Shown here: in pieces, positions 41,900-51,792 of the stretch
Numbering within the stretch: position 1 is the stretch's first letter
Layout: each line of letters begins with the position of its first letter
IMG/VR virus record: IMGVR_UViG_3300025401_000028
Location: 3,979-67,978 of that record
Direction: 5' to 3' (one strand)
Source of the DNA: a virus
DNA: 64,000 bases
Notes under the pieces: generated by a model
Told to the model about the DNA's origin: nothing
The model's input: the letters and a program-made list of their open reading frames with translations, nothing else
Database searches by the model: none
Program-made: the position numbers and the translations under genes

Positions 41900-43134
41900 T
41901 TTACACCATTTTCTAAATTACCCTTAATACATTCAACAACACATGTATATCTTGGTCTTTCTCCAAGCATACCTATGTCATGATGTATTCTTGATATTAA
42001 AAAATTACCATCTAACATTTCATCATCTTCTCTTGGTCCGGTCGTTCCTATTTTCTTTGGTAAGTTAATTTTAATAACAGAACCTGGAGTTAAATTGAAA
42101 TTACCATATACTCTCATCTTTAAACTATTTTGTAAAAGAGTCGATAGATACGATTGTAAATCTGCCGTATTATCAGGAATATGAGTATTGGCTCTTTGAG
42201 AAGTATCAGCTGGAATTAATGACTGTGGTGGAATTTTTGATGTAAGATATTTTTGTCTAAAGGAAGAAGAATCATATGAACCTTTACCCCCAGTAGTATA
42301 TTTTGTTGAATCGGTAACAATATCTTTTTGAACATATGACTGTGTTCTATATTCGAATTGACTAACACGTCTAGTACCGCCAAATTTAATTCTATCAACC
42401 GTATTAAAAACTTTAGGAATTTCTAAAGAGATAATATTATCTTCAGGTTTATTATAGATGCTACTATTAATAGAATCGCTTTGAGTAAATGTTTTTACCG
42501 GAGAACTTTTAAATAATTTTTCTATTGTAGAAAATGTATATGATTGTTTACCTTTATCTCTAGTTTCAAAATAAACATAAAGTGATGATTTATTTTGATC
42601 AGAAATAGACCTTTTTCTCAACATTTCAATTGCTTTGAATGGGTCGTGATGCGGGATAACAATATTTTGATTACCTTTAGTATTTTCTACTGTAATCGGT
42701 TTTGTACTTTTTAAATAATTTTTATGAATGTCTTTAATAGCATCCGATAACAATCCCTTATAACTTTTTTGAACAAAATTTGTTTTCGCATGCAACGCTT
42801 CTTCAGAAACGCATTTCAAAGTATACATTTTTGAATTAAGGGATTGTGTTGCCATGTTTGCATCTTCTAAAGTATATAATGCGAACTTAAATTCACTAGA
42901 TGTACCATCGGGCATTTGAATTTGTAAATCAACGGTTTCATCGCCTACAATTTTTAACTGACCTATTTGATCATCCATATCTAATACTTTTATGTAAGCA
43001 ATAGTTCCTGGATGAAAAATTGTTTCAAAAATTGATGCTGAAGAAAACGCATAACCTAAATCTAATGATCCTCTAGGCGAGGATAATTTAAATGAAGTTA
43101 TTGCTATATCACCTGGAACGAAATTATCAACCAT
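41896..43134 (-). CDS. Baseplate hub protein (gp27-like)
   Basis: Position next to gp5; IFETIF..G, YFETR and VYGN..L.PG..I...GNFLISRIHH motifs. Confidence 0.7.
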   Translation of the reverse strand: MVDNFVPGDIAITSFKLSSPRGSLDLGYAFSSASIFETIFHPGTIAYIKVLDMDDQIGQLKIVGDETVDLQIQMPDGTSSEFKFALYTLEDANMATQSLNSKMYTLKCVSEEALHAKTNFVQKSYKGLLSDAIKDIHKNYLKSTKPITVENTKGNQNIVIPHHDPFKAIEMLRKRSISDQNKSSLYVYFETRDKGKQSYTFSTIEKLFKSSPVKTFTQSDSINSSIYNKPEDNIISLEIPKVFNTVDRIKFGGTRRVSQFEYRTQSYVQKDIVTDSTKYTTGGKGSYDSSSFRQKYLTSKIPPQSLIPADTSQRANTHIPDNTADLQSYLSTLLQNSLKMRVYGNFNLTPGSVIKINLPKKIGTTGPREDDEMLDGNFLISRIHHDIGMLGERPRYTCVVECIKGNLENGVK

Positions 43135-44026
43135 TTAATATCTTTGTCAACTGTTTAGAAATTGGAAGAGCTATTGATTTGTTTATCAAATTTATAGATT
43201 TATTTGCTTCGTTTAAATCATTTTCATAATCATATATGTAAACTGGATCCCAATAACTTGCTTCTATAGCTGGAATATTATTAGCCACAGAAGCAACTGC
43301 TGTAAATGCTACATTACTTAAACTTGCATTACCGAATAGATAACTACTACCAGTAATTATAACAGTACTATTTGGATAAAGAGTTCCAGAAACATTATTA
43401 ATTAATACTGATGTACTATTAGATGTTACAACCTGCCCTTTACCTGTATGACTAGTATCAAAATTAATCGTTACGATTTCACCTTCTATAAATTTCGAAA
43501 CGCCATTAGCATAAACTCCATTCGCGCTATAATTTATAATTGAATTGGTATTAATTGTAGTATCGATTTGTATTCTAGAATAACTGAAAATATTACCTTG
43601 ATTATCGTAATACGGTTGATAGAATTTATAAAGACTCGGGTCTAATGCATTATAATTCGAAACACTAATTGTTCCAGGACTATTATACCAATTATTTCTA
43701 TAAAACATAACACTATTTTGTAATACAGGAATAGAAGTATTATATTTTGTTGTTAAATGTTTATTAAAATCTGAAGAAGAAAGATACCACTGATAGTATG
43801 GATCGATAATACCATTAGTAAGATACATCAACCAACTTATATATTGATCAGAATAATAATGATCTGCAATTTGATCTGGTCTTTGACCTTGAACAACATC
43901 AAAAGCATAATATAAATTAGGTGAATTCTTTGGCGTATTATATACTATTGCTCGTTCCATAATATTGATTACGGTGGTGTTCGCATAATTTATAATGGGA
44001 AATTTTACAAAATATCTTTCAGCCAT
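43127..44026 (-). CDS. gp53: Baseplate wedge protein (LysM-like)
   Basis: YFVKFP.INY, GQRPDQIA..YY...WL...NGIIDPYYQW and YDYE...NE..KSI motifs. Confidence 0.9.
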   Translation of the reverse strand: MAERYFVKFPIINYANTTVINIMERAIVYNTPKNSPNLYYAFDVVQGQRPDQIADHYYSDQYISWLMYLTNGIIDPYYQWYLSSSDFNKHLTTKYNTSIPVLQNSVMFYRNNWYNSPGTISVSNYNALDPSLYKFYQPYYDNQGNIFSYSRIQIDTTINTNSIINYSANGVYANGVSKFIEGEIVTINFDTSHTGKGQVVTSNSTSVLINNVSGTLYPNSTVIITGSSYLFGNASLSNVAFTAVASVANNIPAIEASYWDPVYIYDYENDLNEANKSINLINKSIALPISKQLTKILNG

Positions 44027-44053
44027 TTTTTTATTTACCTATTATTTTGACTA

Positions 44054-45079
44054 TTAAAACCCAGCTCTTGCGGCTTGTGAAATAGGTGCAGGAGCTGATG
44101 GTTGAATTGAACTAGATGTAGGACTAGGTGCAGAAACAGATTGATCTAAATTAGTAGAATTTGGCGAAAGAATATTATCTCTCAACCAATATTCGATTTC
44201 TTGTAGATCAACTCTAAAATCAATTATTGTTGGTGCATTTGTTCCATGGAAAAAAGAAGGAACGCCACCACCAGCATAATTAACACTTATATTTGTAATA
44301 GCGCATGGTTTAAATTGGTAAAGGTAATAGCTTGGTGTTAATGTAATCAAAGCTAAATTTGGGTAGGATAAAAATACACCTTTAGTTCCAGGCTGTAGTG
44401 CTGGCAAAGCATTTATTTTAAATGTTTGAATAATTGCTACTATAGCATTTGATTCTTGTGGCGTTCTTGGTGCAAATCTCCAACTAAAAGAATGCGTTTT
44501 AAAAGTCGGTGATTTGAATAACATAGTTAAAAATGGATTTTGAGCAAGACCAAGTAATTGGTAACCTTGATCTGTTAAATTACCACTTATTCCTAGAGCA
44601 TTAGTTATTTTATTTGTTGCTAAATCTACAAGATTAACGGCTGCGCCAGCTAATCCACCAATAGCTGCAGATTTTACTACACTTGCTAGACTAGCATTAC
44701 CGCCACCTTGTTGATATTCTTGTAGCCCATTTTCAATTGCTGCACCGACAACAGGATCAGAGCTGGTTCCTTCCCAAGTAATACTTTGGCTGTCTAACAA
44801 ATTTACAGGAATAGGAAGTTGTACGCCACCAACTCTTGGAAATGATGGTTGATCTAATATAGAACGTCTTTGATATTTTACGAATTGAAAATTGATATTG
44901 TAATTTTGTGGAAGATCCATAGGATATCTCATTTGCTGACCGCCAGCAAACGCAGCTGGAGATCCAGGAGGAGCGTTAAATACAGAGCTTACAAAATTTG
45001 TAACACCAGCCGCAGCATCTCCTATAACATTTTCACCGTTATAAACTAAAGCACTTGCAGCCATCGAAAGTAAAGACAT
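44054..45079 (-). CDS. gp48: Baseplate tail-tube cap
   Basis: RYP.DL, NPFLTMLFKSP.FKTHSFSWRFAPR..QES, FKPCAITNISVNY and LQEIE motifs. Confidence 0.88.
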   Translation of the reverse strand: MSLLSMAASALVYNGENVIGDAAAGVTNFVSSVFNAPPGSPAAFAGGQQMRYPMDLPQNYNINFQFVKYQRRSILDQPSFPRVGGVQLPIPVNLLDSQSITWEGTSSDPVVGAAIENGLQEYQQGGGNASLASVVKSAAIGGLAGAAVNLVDLATNKITNALGISGNLTDQGYQLLGLAQNPFLTMLFKSPTFKTHSFSWRFAPRTPQESNAIVAIIQTFKINALPALQPGTKGVFLSYPNLALITLTPSYYLYQFKPCAITNISVNYAGGGVPSFFHGTNAPTIIDFRVDLQEIEYWLRDNILSPNSTNLDQSVSAPSPTSSSIQPSAPAPISQAARAGF

Positions 45080-45089
45080 ATGAATTTCC

Positions 45090-45114
45090 TATAAATACTT
45101 TATTATTATTTAGT
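45090..45114. promoter_or_regulatory. Face-to-face late promoters for the divergent gp4 (+, TATAAATA 45090-45097) and gp48 (-, ACTAAATA 45107-45114) operons
   Basis: Both motifs lie in the short gap between the divergent operons. Confidence 0.75.
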
Positions 45115-45124
45115 GAGAATTTGT

Positions 45125-45565
45125 ATGGCTTACAAAGGCACATTTCGTCCAAAAAAACCAAATAAATATGATGGAAATCCATCAAACATTATTTATCGAT
45201 CTAGATGGGAATTAGTATGTATGATGCGTTTTGATGATGACCCAAACGTAATTAAATGGTCGTCAGAAGAAGTTATTGTTCCTTATCGTTCTCCGATTGA
45301 CGGTAAAATTCATCGTTATTTTCCTGATTTTATCGTAAAGATAAAAAACAAACAAGGTTTAATTGAAACAAAAATGATTGAGATTAAACCATATGCTCAA
45401 ACTAAACCACCTGAGAAACAAAGTAATATAACAAGAAGATATCTTAATGAAGTAGCTACTTGGGGTAAAAACGATGCGAAATGGAAAGCTGCTGCTTCAT
45501 ATTGTTCTGATCGTAAATGGACTTTCCATGTATTAACCGAAAGAGAATTAGGACTTAACTTTTAA
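45125..45565 (+). CDS. gp4: Head completion nuclease (TnsA-like PD-(D/E)xK)
   Basis: MAYKG.F.P..P.KY.G, YRS.WE, WSSEE, HRYFPDF and EIKP motifs. Start taken at ATG 45125. Confidence 0.95.
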   Translation: MAYKGTFRPKKPNKYDGNPSNIIYRSRWELVCMMRFDDDPNVIKWSSEEVIVPYRSPIDGKIHRYFPDFIVKIKNKQGLIETKMIEIKPYAQTKPPEKQSNITRRYLNEVATWGKNDAKWKAAASYCSDRKWTFHVLTERELGLNF

Positions 45566-46167
45566 TGGCATACATTTTTCAACAAATTGCTGATAATGCG
45601 ACGATAAAATACTATTCAGAAAATCAAACAGAACAATCTTCACGTGAATGGTATCGTAATGCAGCATCAAATTTTAAAACAGTTAATACTGTTAGGTTGA
45701 TGAATGATAAACAAAATATCGTAAGTAAACTTGATATCAATTCAATCGGAAAAATGTATATGTTTTTCTACGACCCAAAAATGAAAGCAACTCTTCCATA
45801 TTATGACACATTTCCCTTAGTATTTCCAATAGATTTCAAAGAAAATGGTTTTTTAGGAATTAATCTTCATTATCTACCACCATATCTTCGTGCAAAGTTG
45901 ATGGATAGTTTATACAACACCGTAAACAACACTAAATATGACAATAGTACAAAATTAAAAATTTCATATCAAATATTAAACAGTTCTTCGCAATTAAGTT
46001 ACTTCAAACCTTGTTTAAAAATGTATCTTTGGGATCATGTCGTTGGAAGTAATTACCTTAACGTCGAAACGAAAAATTGGGATGCCGCTTTAATGTTACC
46101 GACTGAAAGATTTAAGAAAGCATCAAAAGAAACTGTGTTTAAAGATTCAGTAAGAGCAACAAGATAA
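45565..46167 (+). CDS. gp2: DNA end protector protein
   Basis: GKMYMFFYDPK.K..LPYYD.FPL and GINLHYLPP..R motifs. Confidence 0.94.
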   Translation: MAYIFQQIADNATIKYYSENQTEQSSREWYRNAASNFKTVNTVRLMNDKQNIVSKLDINSIGKMYMFFYDPKMKATLPYYDTFPLVFPIDFKENGFLGINLHYLPPYLRAKLMDSLYNTVNNTKYDNSTKLKISYQILNSSSQLSYFKPCLKMYLWDHVVGSNYLNVETKNWDAALMLPTERFKKASKETVFKDSVRATR

Positions 46168-46961
46168 TGCCAGCATTCAATATATCAGAATTTAAATCTA
46201 ACATATCAGAATATGGTATTTTACAGAACAATAAATTTTCTGTTTTTATTCCAATATCTCCGAATGTTTTAGTAAGCACATTTACAAATACATTAGATCC
46301 ACTTTTTACTATTGATAGCATGAGAGCTTTACAGTTCCGTGCTGAAGCAGCTTCTGTTCCTGGATTTAGTTTACAAACTCAAGACGTACGTGTTCAGGGT
46401 ACTGGCGTAAATCAAAAAATGCCGTTTAATGCATTGTTTCCAGATGTTAATGTTACGTTTCTTGCTGACAGTCGTGGAGATATTTACAAATATTTTTATT
46501 CTTGGTTTTCTAACATAATCGATTTTACTGGTTCTAGTTTTTCATTTTTTCCTTCTCCTTCTTATTCAATCGGTTATAAATCAGATTATATTACAGATAT
46601 ATCAATATTAGTTTATGATAATTTTGGTAATTTAACAAAACAAATTATCCTTTATGAAGCATATCCAGATTCTATTACCGAGATACCATTAGATTGGTCC
46701 GACAGAGATAGACCAATGAAATTTACTGTAAAATTTGCGTATACTCGTTGGGGAATATATGGAATAAACAATATTGTTGGCGGTATCGTATCGGCTGCAT
46801 CGAATTTCTTTTCTTCTGGTTTAAGTAGTAGTATTTTTGGAGGCAACGGAGAACCAGTTGGAGGTTCTTTAGTAACACAAACTGGAGCTACTGGTTCTTT
46901 TGGATTTGCTGATGTTCCTAATGTTTCGTCAAATGGAACGAAAATACTTGGCACTGTATAA
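46167..46961 (+). CDS. gp54: Baseplate tail-tube initiator (gp54 / gp19-like fold)
   Basis: ASVPG, LYEAYP..I..I.LDW and F.V.FAY motifs; synteny with gp2 and gp26. Confidence 0.75.
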   Translation: MPAFNISEFKSNISEYGILQNNKFSVFIPISPNVLVSTFTNTLDPLFTIDSMRALQFRAEAASVPGFSLQTQDVRVQGTGVNQKMPFNALFPDVNVTFLADSRGDIYKYFYSWFSNIIDFTGSSFSFFPSPSYSIGYKSDYITDISILVYDNFGNLTKQIILYEAYPDSITEIPLDWSDRDRPMKFTVKFAYTRWGIYGINNIVGGIVSAASNFFSSGLSSSIFGGNGEPVGGSLVTQTGATGSFGFADVPNVSSNGTKILGTV

Positions 46962-46971
46962 TTATTAACAA

Positions 46972-47691
46972 TTGGAGTATATCATGTTACCTAAAATTTC
47001 ATTCCCTACTTTTACTATCGAAATACCTTCTACTAAGAAAAAAGAAATGTTTAGACCGTTTCTTGTAAAAGAAGAAAAAATTCTTCTTATGGCTAAACTT
47101 TCAGAAAAAGACGAAGATATTTTAACAGCCATCAAACAAATTGTAAACAACTGTGCAGTTGATGAATTATTCGATGTTGACAATTTATCAATTTTTGATT
47201 TAGAATATTTGTTTATTAAAATTCGTGCAGCTTCTGTTGAAGATATAGTAAAGGTAGCGTATAGGGATAATGAAGACAATAAAATTTATGATTTTGAAGT
47301 TAATCTTAATGATATTAAAATTAATTTTCCTGATAAAATAGAAAATAACATTAAAATTGGTGATGATACTGGAATTTTAATGAAATACCCCAATGCTTCT
47401 CTTTATGACGATAAAGAATTTTTAAATTCTGGTGACGATGCATTGTTTAATCTTATCATTAAATGTATTGATAAAATTTATGATGGCGAAGAAATGTATG
47501 ATGTTAAAAGCTACAAAAAAGAAGATGTAGAAAATTTCTTAGAAAGTTTAGATGTTAAAACTTTTGAAAAAATTAAAAATTTTATGACCGACCAACCAAA
47601 AATGTCATATGATATCAAATATACTAATTCTAATGGCAAAGAAAGAACTATTAGTTTATCTTCGTTAACCGATTTTTTTACCTTACGCTGA
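46972..47691 (+). CDS. gp26: Baseplate hub assembly protein
   Basis: LPKI..P, FRPFLVKEEKILLMA, FD.EYLFIKIRA.SV and C-terminal DFF motifs. The start is probably ATG 46984. Confidence 0.92.
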   Translation: MEYIMLPKISFPTFTIEIPSTKKKEMFRPFLVKEEKILLMAKLSEKDEDILTAIKQIVNNCAVDELFDVDNLSIFDLEYLFIKIRAASVEDIVKVAYRDNEDNKIYDFEVNLNDIKINFPDKIENNIKIGDDTGILMKYPNASLYDDKEFLNSGDDALFNLIIKCIDKIYDGEEMYDVKSYKKEDVENFLESLDVKTFEKIKNFMTDQPKMSYDIKYTNSNGKERTISLSSLTDFFTLR

Positions 47692-47864
47692 GTCATAATA
47701 CTCTACAAAATTATTATACTATGATATTTTCATTGGCCCAGCACCATAAATATTCTATAACTGAAATTGAAAATTTATTTCCTTTCGAAAGAGATGTGTA
47801 TTATGAAATGATTATGGATTATCTCCAAGAAAAAGAAGAAAAGATGAAACAACAAAATGGCTAA
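47673..47864 (+). CDS. gp51: gp51-like hub assembly protein; -1 frame overlapping the gp26 end (not in ORF track)
   Basis: Hand translation FFYLTLSHNTLQNYYTMIFSLAQHHKYSITEIENLFPFERDVY.. matches the gp51-like motif. The first in-frame ATG (47721) lies inside the conserved region. Confidence 0.8.
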   Translation, partial: FFYLTLSHNTLQNYYTMIFSLAQHHKYSITEIENLFPFERDVYYEMIMDYLQEKEEKMKQQNG

Positions 47865-48363
47865 ATTTACGAACACTACAGCTGATGAAAATGCTCCTGA
47901 TCCAGTAGCACCAACACCTGCGCCTGTTGTCCAGCCTTCCGTTGTTATCATAGACAATAATAATTCAACAAATAATAATTCGCAAAATCTACAAACCATG
48001 CAGTTAGCTACTGCACAAGCTCAATCACAGGCTTCTGTCGGTCTTGCGCAAACTTCTATTGATAAACAAATTATCGAAGAACAGTTAAGACAAGAAGAAG
48101 AGCATTGGGTAAAGGCATATTGGAGACCAGCAATGGGCTGGCTCTATATGATTATTTGTTTTATGGATTTCGTTGGATTTCCAATGGTAACAATATTTCT
48201 TCCAGTAATTTATAAAGGATTGGGAGTTCAATTTACATATACGCCATGGGTATCTTTAACATTATCCAATGGCGGTCTCATTCATCTTGCATTTGGTGGT
48301 ATTCTTGGCGTTTCGGCATGGACAAGAGGACAAGAAAAATTAGCAAAAGTAGGTAGCAACTAA
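47857..48363 (+). CDS. Putative holin (GTA 3TM holin-like)
   Basis: WRPAMGWLYMIIC motif plus hydrophobic helices and GILGVSAWTRGQEK. Confidence 0.75.
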   Translation: MAKFTNTTADENAPDPVAPTPAPVVQPSVVIIDNNNSTNNNSQNLQTMQLATAQAQSQASVGLAQTSIDKQIIEEQLRQEEEHWVKAYWRPAMGWLYMIICFMDFVGFPMVTIFLPVIYKGLGVQFTYTPWVSLTLSNGGLIHLAFGGILGVSAWTRGQEKLAKVGSN

Positions 48364-50759
48364 TGGCAGGTACAATCGAACTCAGCGAAAAAGCATTTCA
48401 ACAGATGCTTAAAAAAATTGAAGAACAAGGTGGTGGCGCATCACATCTTCAAGAAAAACTTGCTGAGTTGAAAGATGCAGGTATCGCGAATGCAATCGCT
48501 AATTCCCCAGCAACTAAACAGTCAAATAAAATGTTGGCACAAGCTATCAGCGATGCTGTAGTTTCTGGATTATCAAAAACTTTATCTAATGTCATAAAAG
48601 AAAACAATAATCAAGAAAAACTTGAAAGATTAATTACACAAGACAAAGAAGAAATCGATACTCTTAATTCTAGTGTCGGTAATCTTACTGGGCAAATTAT
48701 TACATCAAATATGTTGTTGACAGACATTTATAATGTATTAAAATCACAAAATGATTCTTTTAGAAATTTATCAACTCAATTAAAACAAAATAATAATGGA
48801 ATAGGAAGTGCTATTTTAAATGGCATAGGAACAGCATTAGAATATATTGGTTTAAAATCGCTAATTAGTAAATTAACGAAATCGGGTGAAAAGGTTGGAC
48901 TTAAAGCTGGCGAAACAATTGTTGAAGATGTCGGAAAAACAGCATCTAAAGCTGCACAAGATGCTGCTAAAGTAACAGAAAAAGCTGGATTAAAAGCTGG
49001 TGAAAAAACTGCCGAAGAATTATTAAAAGCTGGCGAAACTGTAGCAAAAGATTCAGCAAAAATCGCGATTAACACTGAAAAAACTATCGGAAATAAAACT
49101 TATCGTTGGTTAGGTAATCAATGGGCAGAAGTTACTGAGTCTGGTAAAGCTGGTAGAATCGCACCAAAAGATGTAGCTGAACAATTATCAAAAGAATTTC
49201 AAGGAGCTGCTAAGACCGCAGAAGAAGTAGCAGCAGTAACTGAAAAAACTAATCTTTTAAGAAAAGTAGGTAAAGGTGCAGCTAGTGCTGTCGAAAGTGT
49301 TGGAAAAGTAGTTAAATTTATTTTTCCTGCAAGAACTGTCATAAAAGAAGCAGTTAAAGAATCTTTTATTAAAAGAGGCTGGAAAATGTTTGTTAAAAAA
49401 ATACCAATTATTGGTCTTGCTGCTGCAGGTGTTTTCGCATTTATGAGATGGGCTGAGGGAGATACTCGTGGAGCTGCAGCAGAAATAGCTAGTGGCGCAA
49501 CAGCAATGATTCCTGGAATTGGTACGGCTGCTAGTGTTGCTATTGATATTAATTTGATTATAAGAGATGTAGTTAAATCCGCCACAGCAAAAATGGATCC
49601 TCCATTAGGTCCTAATGGAGAAGGATTAGATCTTTTCGATTTATACGGCATTTATTCTGAAGAACAAATAAGAGAATTTCTATCAACTATATTAGAAGAA
49701 ATTAAAATTTTTCTTACTACTGACCTTAATAGTAATTTTCCAAACTGGAAAAAGATGGATCAAGGTTTTTACGACGCCCAAAGAATAGATAGAGAAGGTG
49801 GCGGACGTGGATCTATTAATGATTATAACAATCAGAAAAAAGAAGATATGGCTGGTGTTTATGCAGCTGCTGGAATGGATTTACCGCCCGATCTACAAAC
49901 TAAAGATAATACTCCAGCAGCATATAACAAATATACTGGAACAATTCGCAATGATGATTTCCGTAATCGTGGAGTTGGCGCTACTGATGCAACTGGTGGC
50001 ACCAATATTACTGGAGGTGTTGGTGCTGGTACTTCAGTAAGAAAAGAAACACCATTTAAAACAGATAATGGTGGAATGATTCCAATCGGACAATACAAAT
50101 CTTCCGTTAATAAAGTTATGAGTAAAGAAGTATACGAATATTTAAAATCTAAAGGACTTGATGATAATCATGCTATCGGTATGTTAGCAAATATCCAAGC
50201 TGAATCTAATTTCAACGCTGGTGCTGTTGGCGATAATGGAACATCTGGCGGTTTATTTCAACATCATGCTGGAAGATTTAAAAACATGGTTTCTGCTGCT
50301 GGACCAGATTGGCAGCATAATTGGAAAGGTCAAATTGATTATGCTCTTTCCGAACAAGATTCAAAAATGTTCTTAGGTATGAATTTCAAAACACCAGAAG
50401 AAGCATCTGCTTGGTTTACTTCTAAATGGGAAAGACCAAAAGATCCATCTGAAGCAACTAAAAGACTTGGTTTTGTTGATCAATTTAAAAAGATGTTTAC
50501 TAGCAAAGATGCAACGAATGCGACCGCTCCACAAAAAAGTGGTTCGGTTATGAATCAATCTTCGGCTGCAGTTGAAAATGGTGGTAATAAAAATAGCTTC
50601 GGGGCTGCATTAAACAATAATGGTGGCGGAGGCTCGACACCTCCGCCAGTTGGGGGACAAGGATCCAATCAAAAAGTTGCTGATGCTAGCAAAGTTAATG
50701 GACCAGTCGGTGCTCACGAACATGACGTTAGAGATCTTCTAATGTCACAAGCTGCTTAA
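48363..50759 (+). CDS. Tape-measure-like (gp29-like) protein with C-terminal phage tail lysozyme domain
   Basis: Helical A/K/E-rich body, KKIPIIG motif, and GL....AIGMLANIQAESNFN...GLFQH...R...WERP (Phage_lysozyme2-like). Confidence 0.75.
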   Translation: MAGTIELSEKAFQQMLKKIEEQGGGASHLQEKLAELKDAGIANAIANSPATKQSNKMLAQAISDAVVSGLSKTLSNVIKENNNQEKLERLITQDKEEIDTLNSSVGNLTGQIITSNMLLTDIYNVLKSQNDSFRNLSTQLKQNNNGIGSAILNGIGTALEYIGLKSLISKLTKSGEKVGLKAGETIVEDVGKTASKAAQDAAKVTEKAGLKAGEKTAEELLKAGETVAKDSAKIAINTEKTIGNKTYRWLGNQWAEVTESGKAGRIAPKDVAEQLSKEFQGAAKTAEEVAAVTEKTNLLRKVGKGAASAVESVGKVVKFIFPARTVIKEAVKESFIKRGWKMFVKKIPIIGLAAAGVFAFMRWAEGDTRGAAAEIASGATAMIPGIGTAASVAIDINLIIRDVVKSATAKMDPPLGPNGEGLDLFDLYGIYSEEQIREFLSTILEEIKIFLTTDLNSNFPNWKKMDQGFYDAQRIDREGGGRGSINDYNNQKKEDMAGVYAAAGMDLPPDLQTKDNTPAAYNKYTGTIRNDDFRNRGVGATDATGGTNITGGVGAGTSVRKETPFKTDNGGMIPIGQYKSSVNKVMSKEVYEYLKSKGLDDNHAIGMLANIQAESNFNAGAVGDNGTSGGLFQHHAGRFKNMVSAAGPDWQHNWKGQIDYALSEQDSKMFLGMNFKTPEEASAWFTSKWERPKDPSEATKRLGFVDQFKKMFTSKDATNATAPQKSGSVMNQSSAAVENGGNKNSFGAALNNNGGGGSTPPPVGGQGSNQKVADASKVNGPVGAHEHDVRDLLMSQAA

Positions 50760-51692
50760 TCAAGCACGAGCAGCTAACTTATTAAAGAACTCCAAACTAT
50801 CATCATCGTCATCGTCAGCAGCCATAACTGGTGCTGGCTTTGACTTGATTGTAGGAGCAGGAGTCTCGTTCCAAGGTGCATCATCCTCATCGACAGAAAC
50901 AGCAGTAGCACGTGCAGCGGCTGGAGTCTTACCGAGTGTAGAATTATCAAGACCAAGAACCTTGTTTAGCTTCGCCTTCAGTTCATCATAAGACTTGAAA
51001 TTAGAAGGTGCAAGGAAGTCTTGAAGCGAATGCTCTTTCTTCCAAACTGCTTCCATTTCCGAATCATCATCGAACAATGGACCAGATGCCGAAAACTCAG
51101 AACGGTCATAGTTGCGATAACCATCGACGTTACGAATCTTCAACTTAAGATTAGCACCTTCCCAAAGATCGAATGGGTTGGTTGGCTTTTCTCCTGGAAA
51201 CTGTGGGTTCATAAGATCATTGAGCTTATCCCAGATCTTCTTGCCATAACGGAACAAGAATACCTTACCTTCGTTTTCAGGATTTTGTTGATCCGTAACA
51301 ACGTAGACATTAGAGATAAAGTTCAGTTTACGCTTTTGAGTACGAGCAACTTCCTTATCTGATTCAAGACCAGAGTTCCAAAGTTGTGTATTTAATTCAC
51401 CGACAGGATCTACCTTACCGATAGTAGTCAATGAGTTCTCGATATACCAAGAGCCAGTTGGACCTTTGAAACCGTGTTCAAACATGCGAATGAAAGGAAC
51501 ATCTTCACCAGTCGGTGCTGGGAGGAAACGGATAACAGCATAGCCATTGCCAGCCTTATCCACGTTAGGATACCAAAAGCGATCGTCGTTCTTCTTATCG
51601 CTACCTTGGTTAGTTGAGAGCTTTGTCAATTCAGCATTGAGCTTATCGAGTGCTGCACGACCTGAGTTCTTCTTGAGTTCATTAAAGTTCAT
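50760..51692 (-). CDS. gp32: Single-stranded DNA-binding protein
   Basis: DDRFW, DKAGNGYAVIRFLPAP, WYIENSLTT, GKVFLF.YGKKI and YRNYD.SEF motifs; acidic tail. Start at MNFNELKK after GGAG. Confidence 0.98.
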   Translation of the reverse strand: MNFNELKKNSGRAALDKLNAELTKLSTNQGSDKKNDDRFWYPNVDKAGNGYAVIRFLPAPTGEDVPFIRMFEHGFKGPTGSWYIENSLTTIGKVDPVGELNTQLWNSGLESDKEVARTQKRKLNFISNVYVVTDQQNPENEGKVFLFRYGKKIWDKLNDLMNPQFPGEKPTNPFDLWEGANLKLKIRNVDGYRNYDRSEFSASGPLFDDDSEMEAVWKKEHSLQDFLAPSNFKSYDELKAKLNKVLGLDNSTLGKTPAAARATAVSVDEDDAPWNETPAPTIKSKPAPVMAADDDDDDSLEFFNKLAARA

Positions 51693-51732
51693 ATGTATTC
51701 TCCGTATTGTTAATATTAATAGTATTGATCTT

Positions 51733-51792
51733 ATGTTGAGCAGTGTAACGCTCAACATTATTTAGTATAGCTTGACTTACTATATTTGTCAA
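51733..51792 (-). promoter_or_regulatory. gp32 promoter (TTGACA-17-TATACT overlapping late ACTAAATA) plus 5' leader hairpin
   Basis: -35 at 51787-51792, -10 at 51764-51769; 9-bp stem ATGTTGAGC/GCTCAACAT at 51733-51758. Confidence 0.75.

Noticed and set aside
51693-51758. N-terminal extension of gp32 given in the ORF track
   Set aside because: It overlaps the leader hairpin; the SD-led ATG at 51692 matches the family start.
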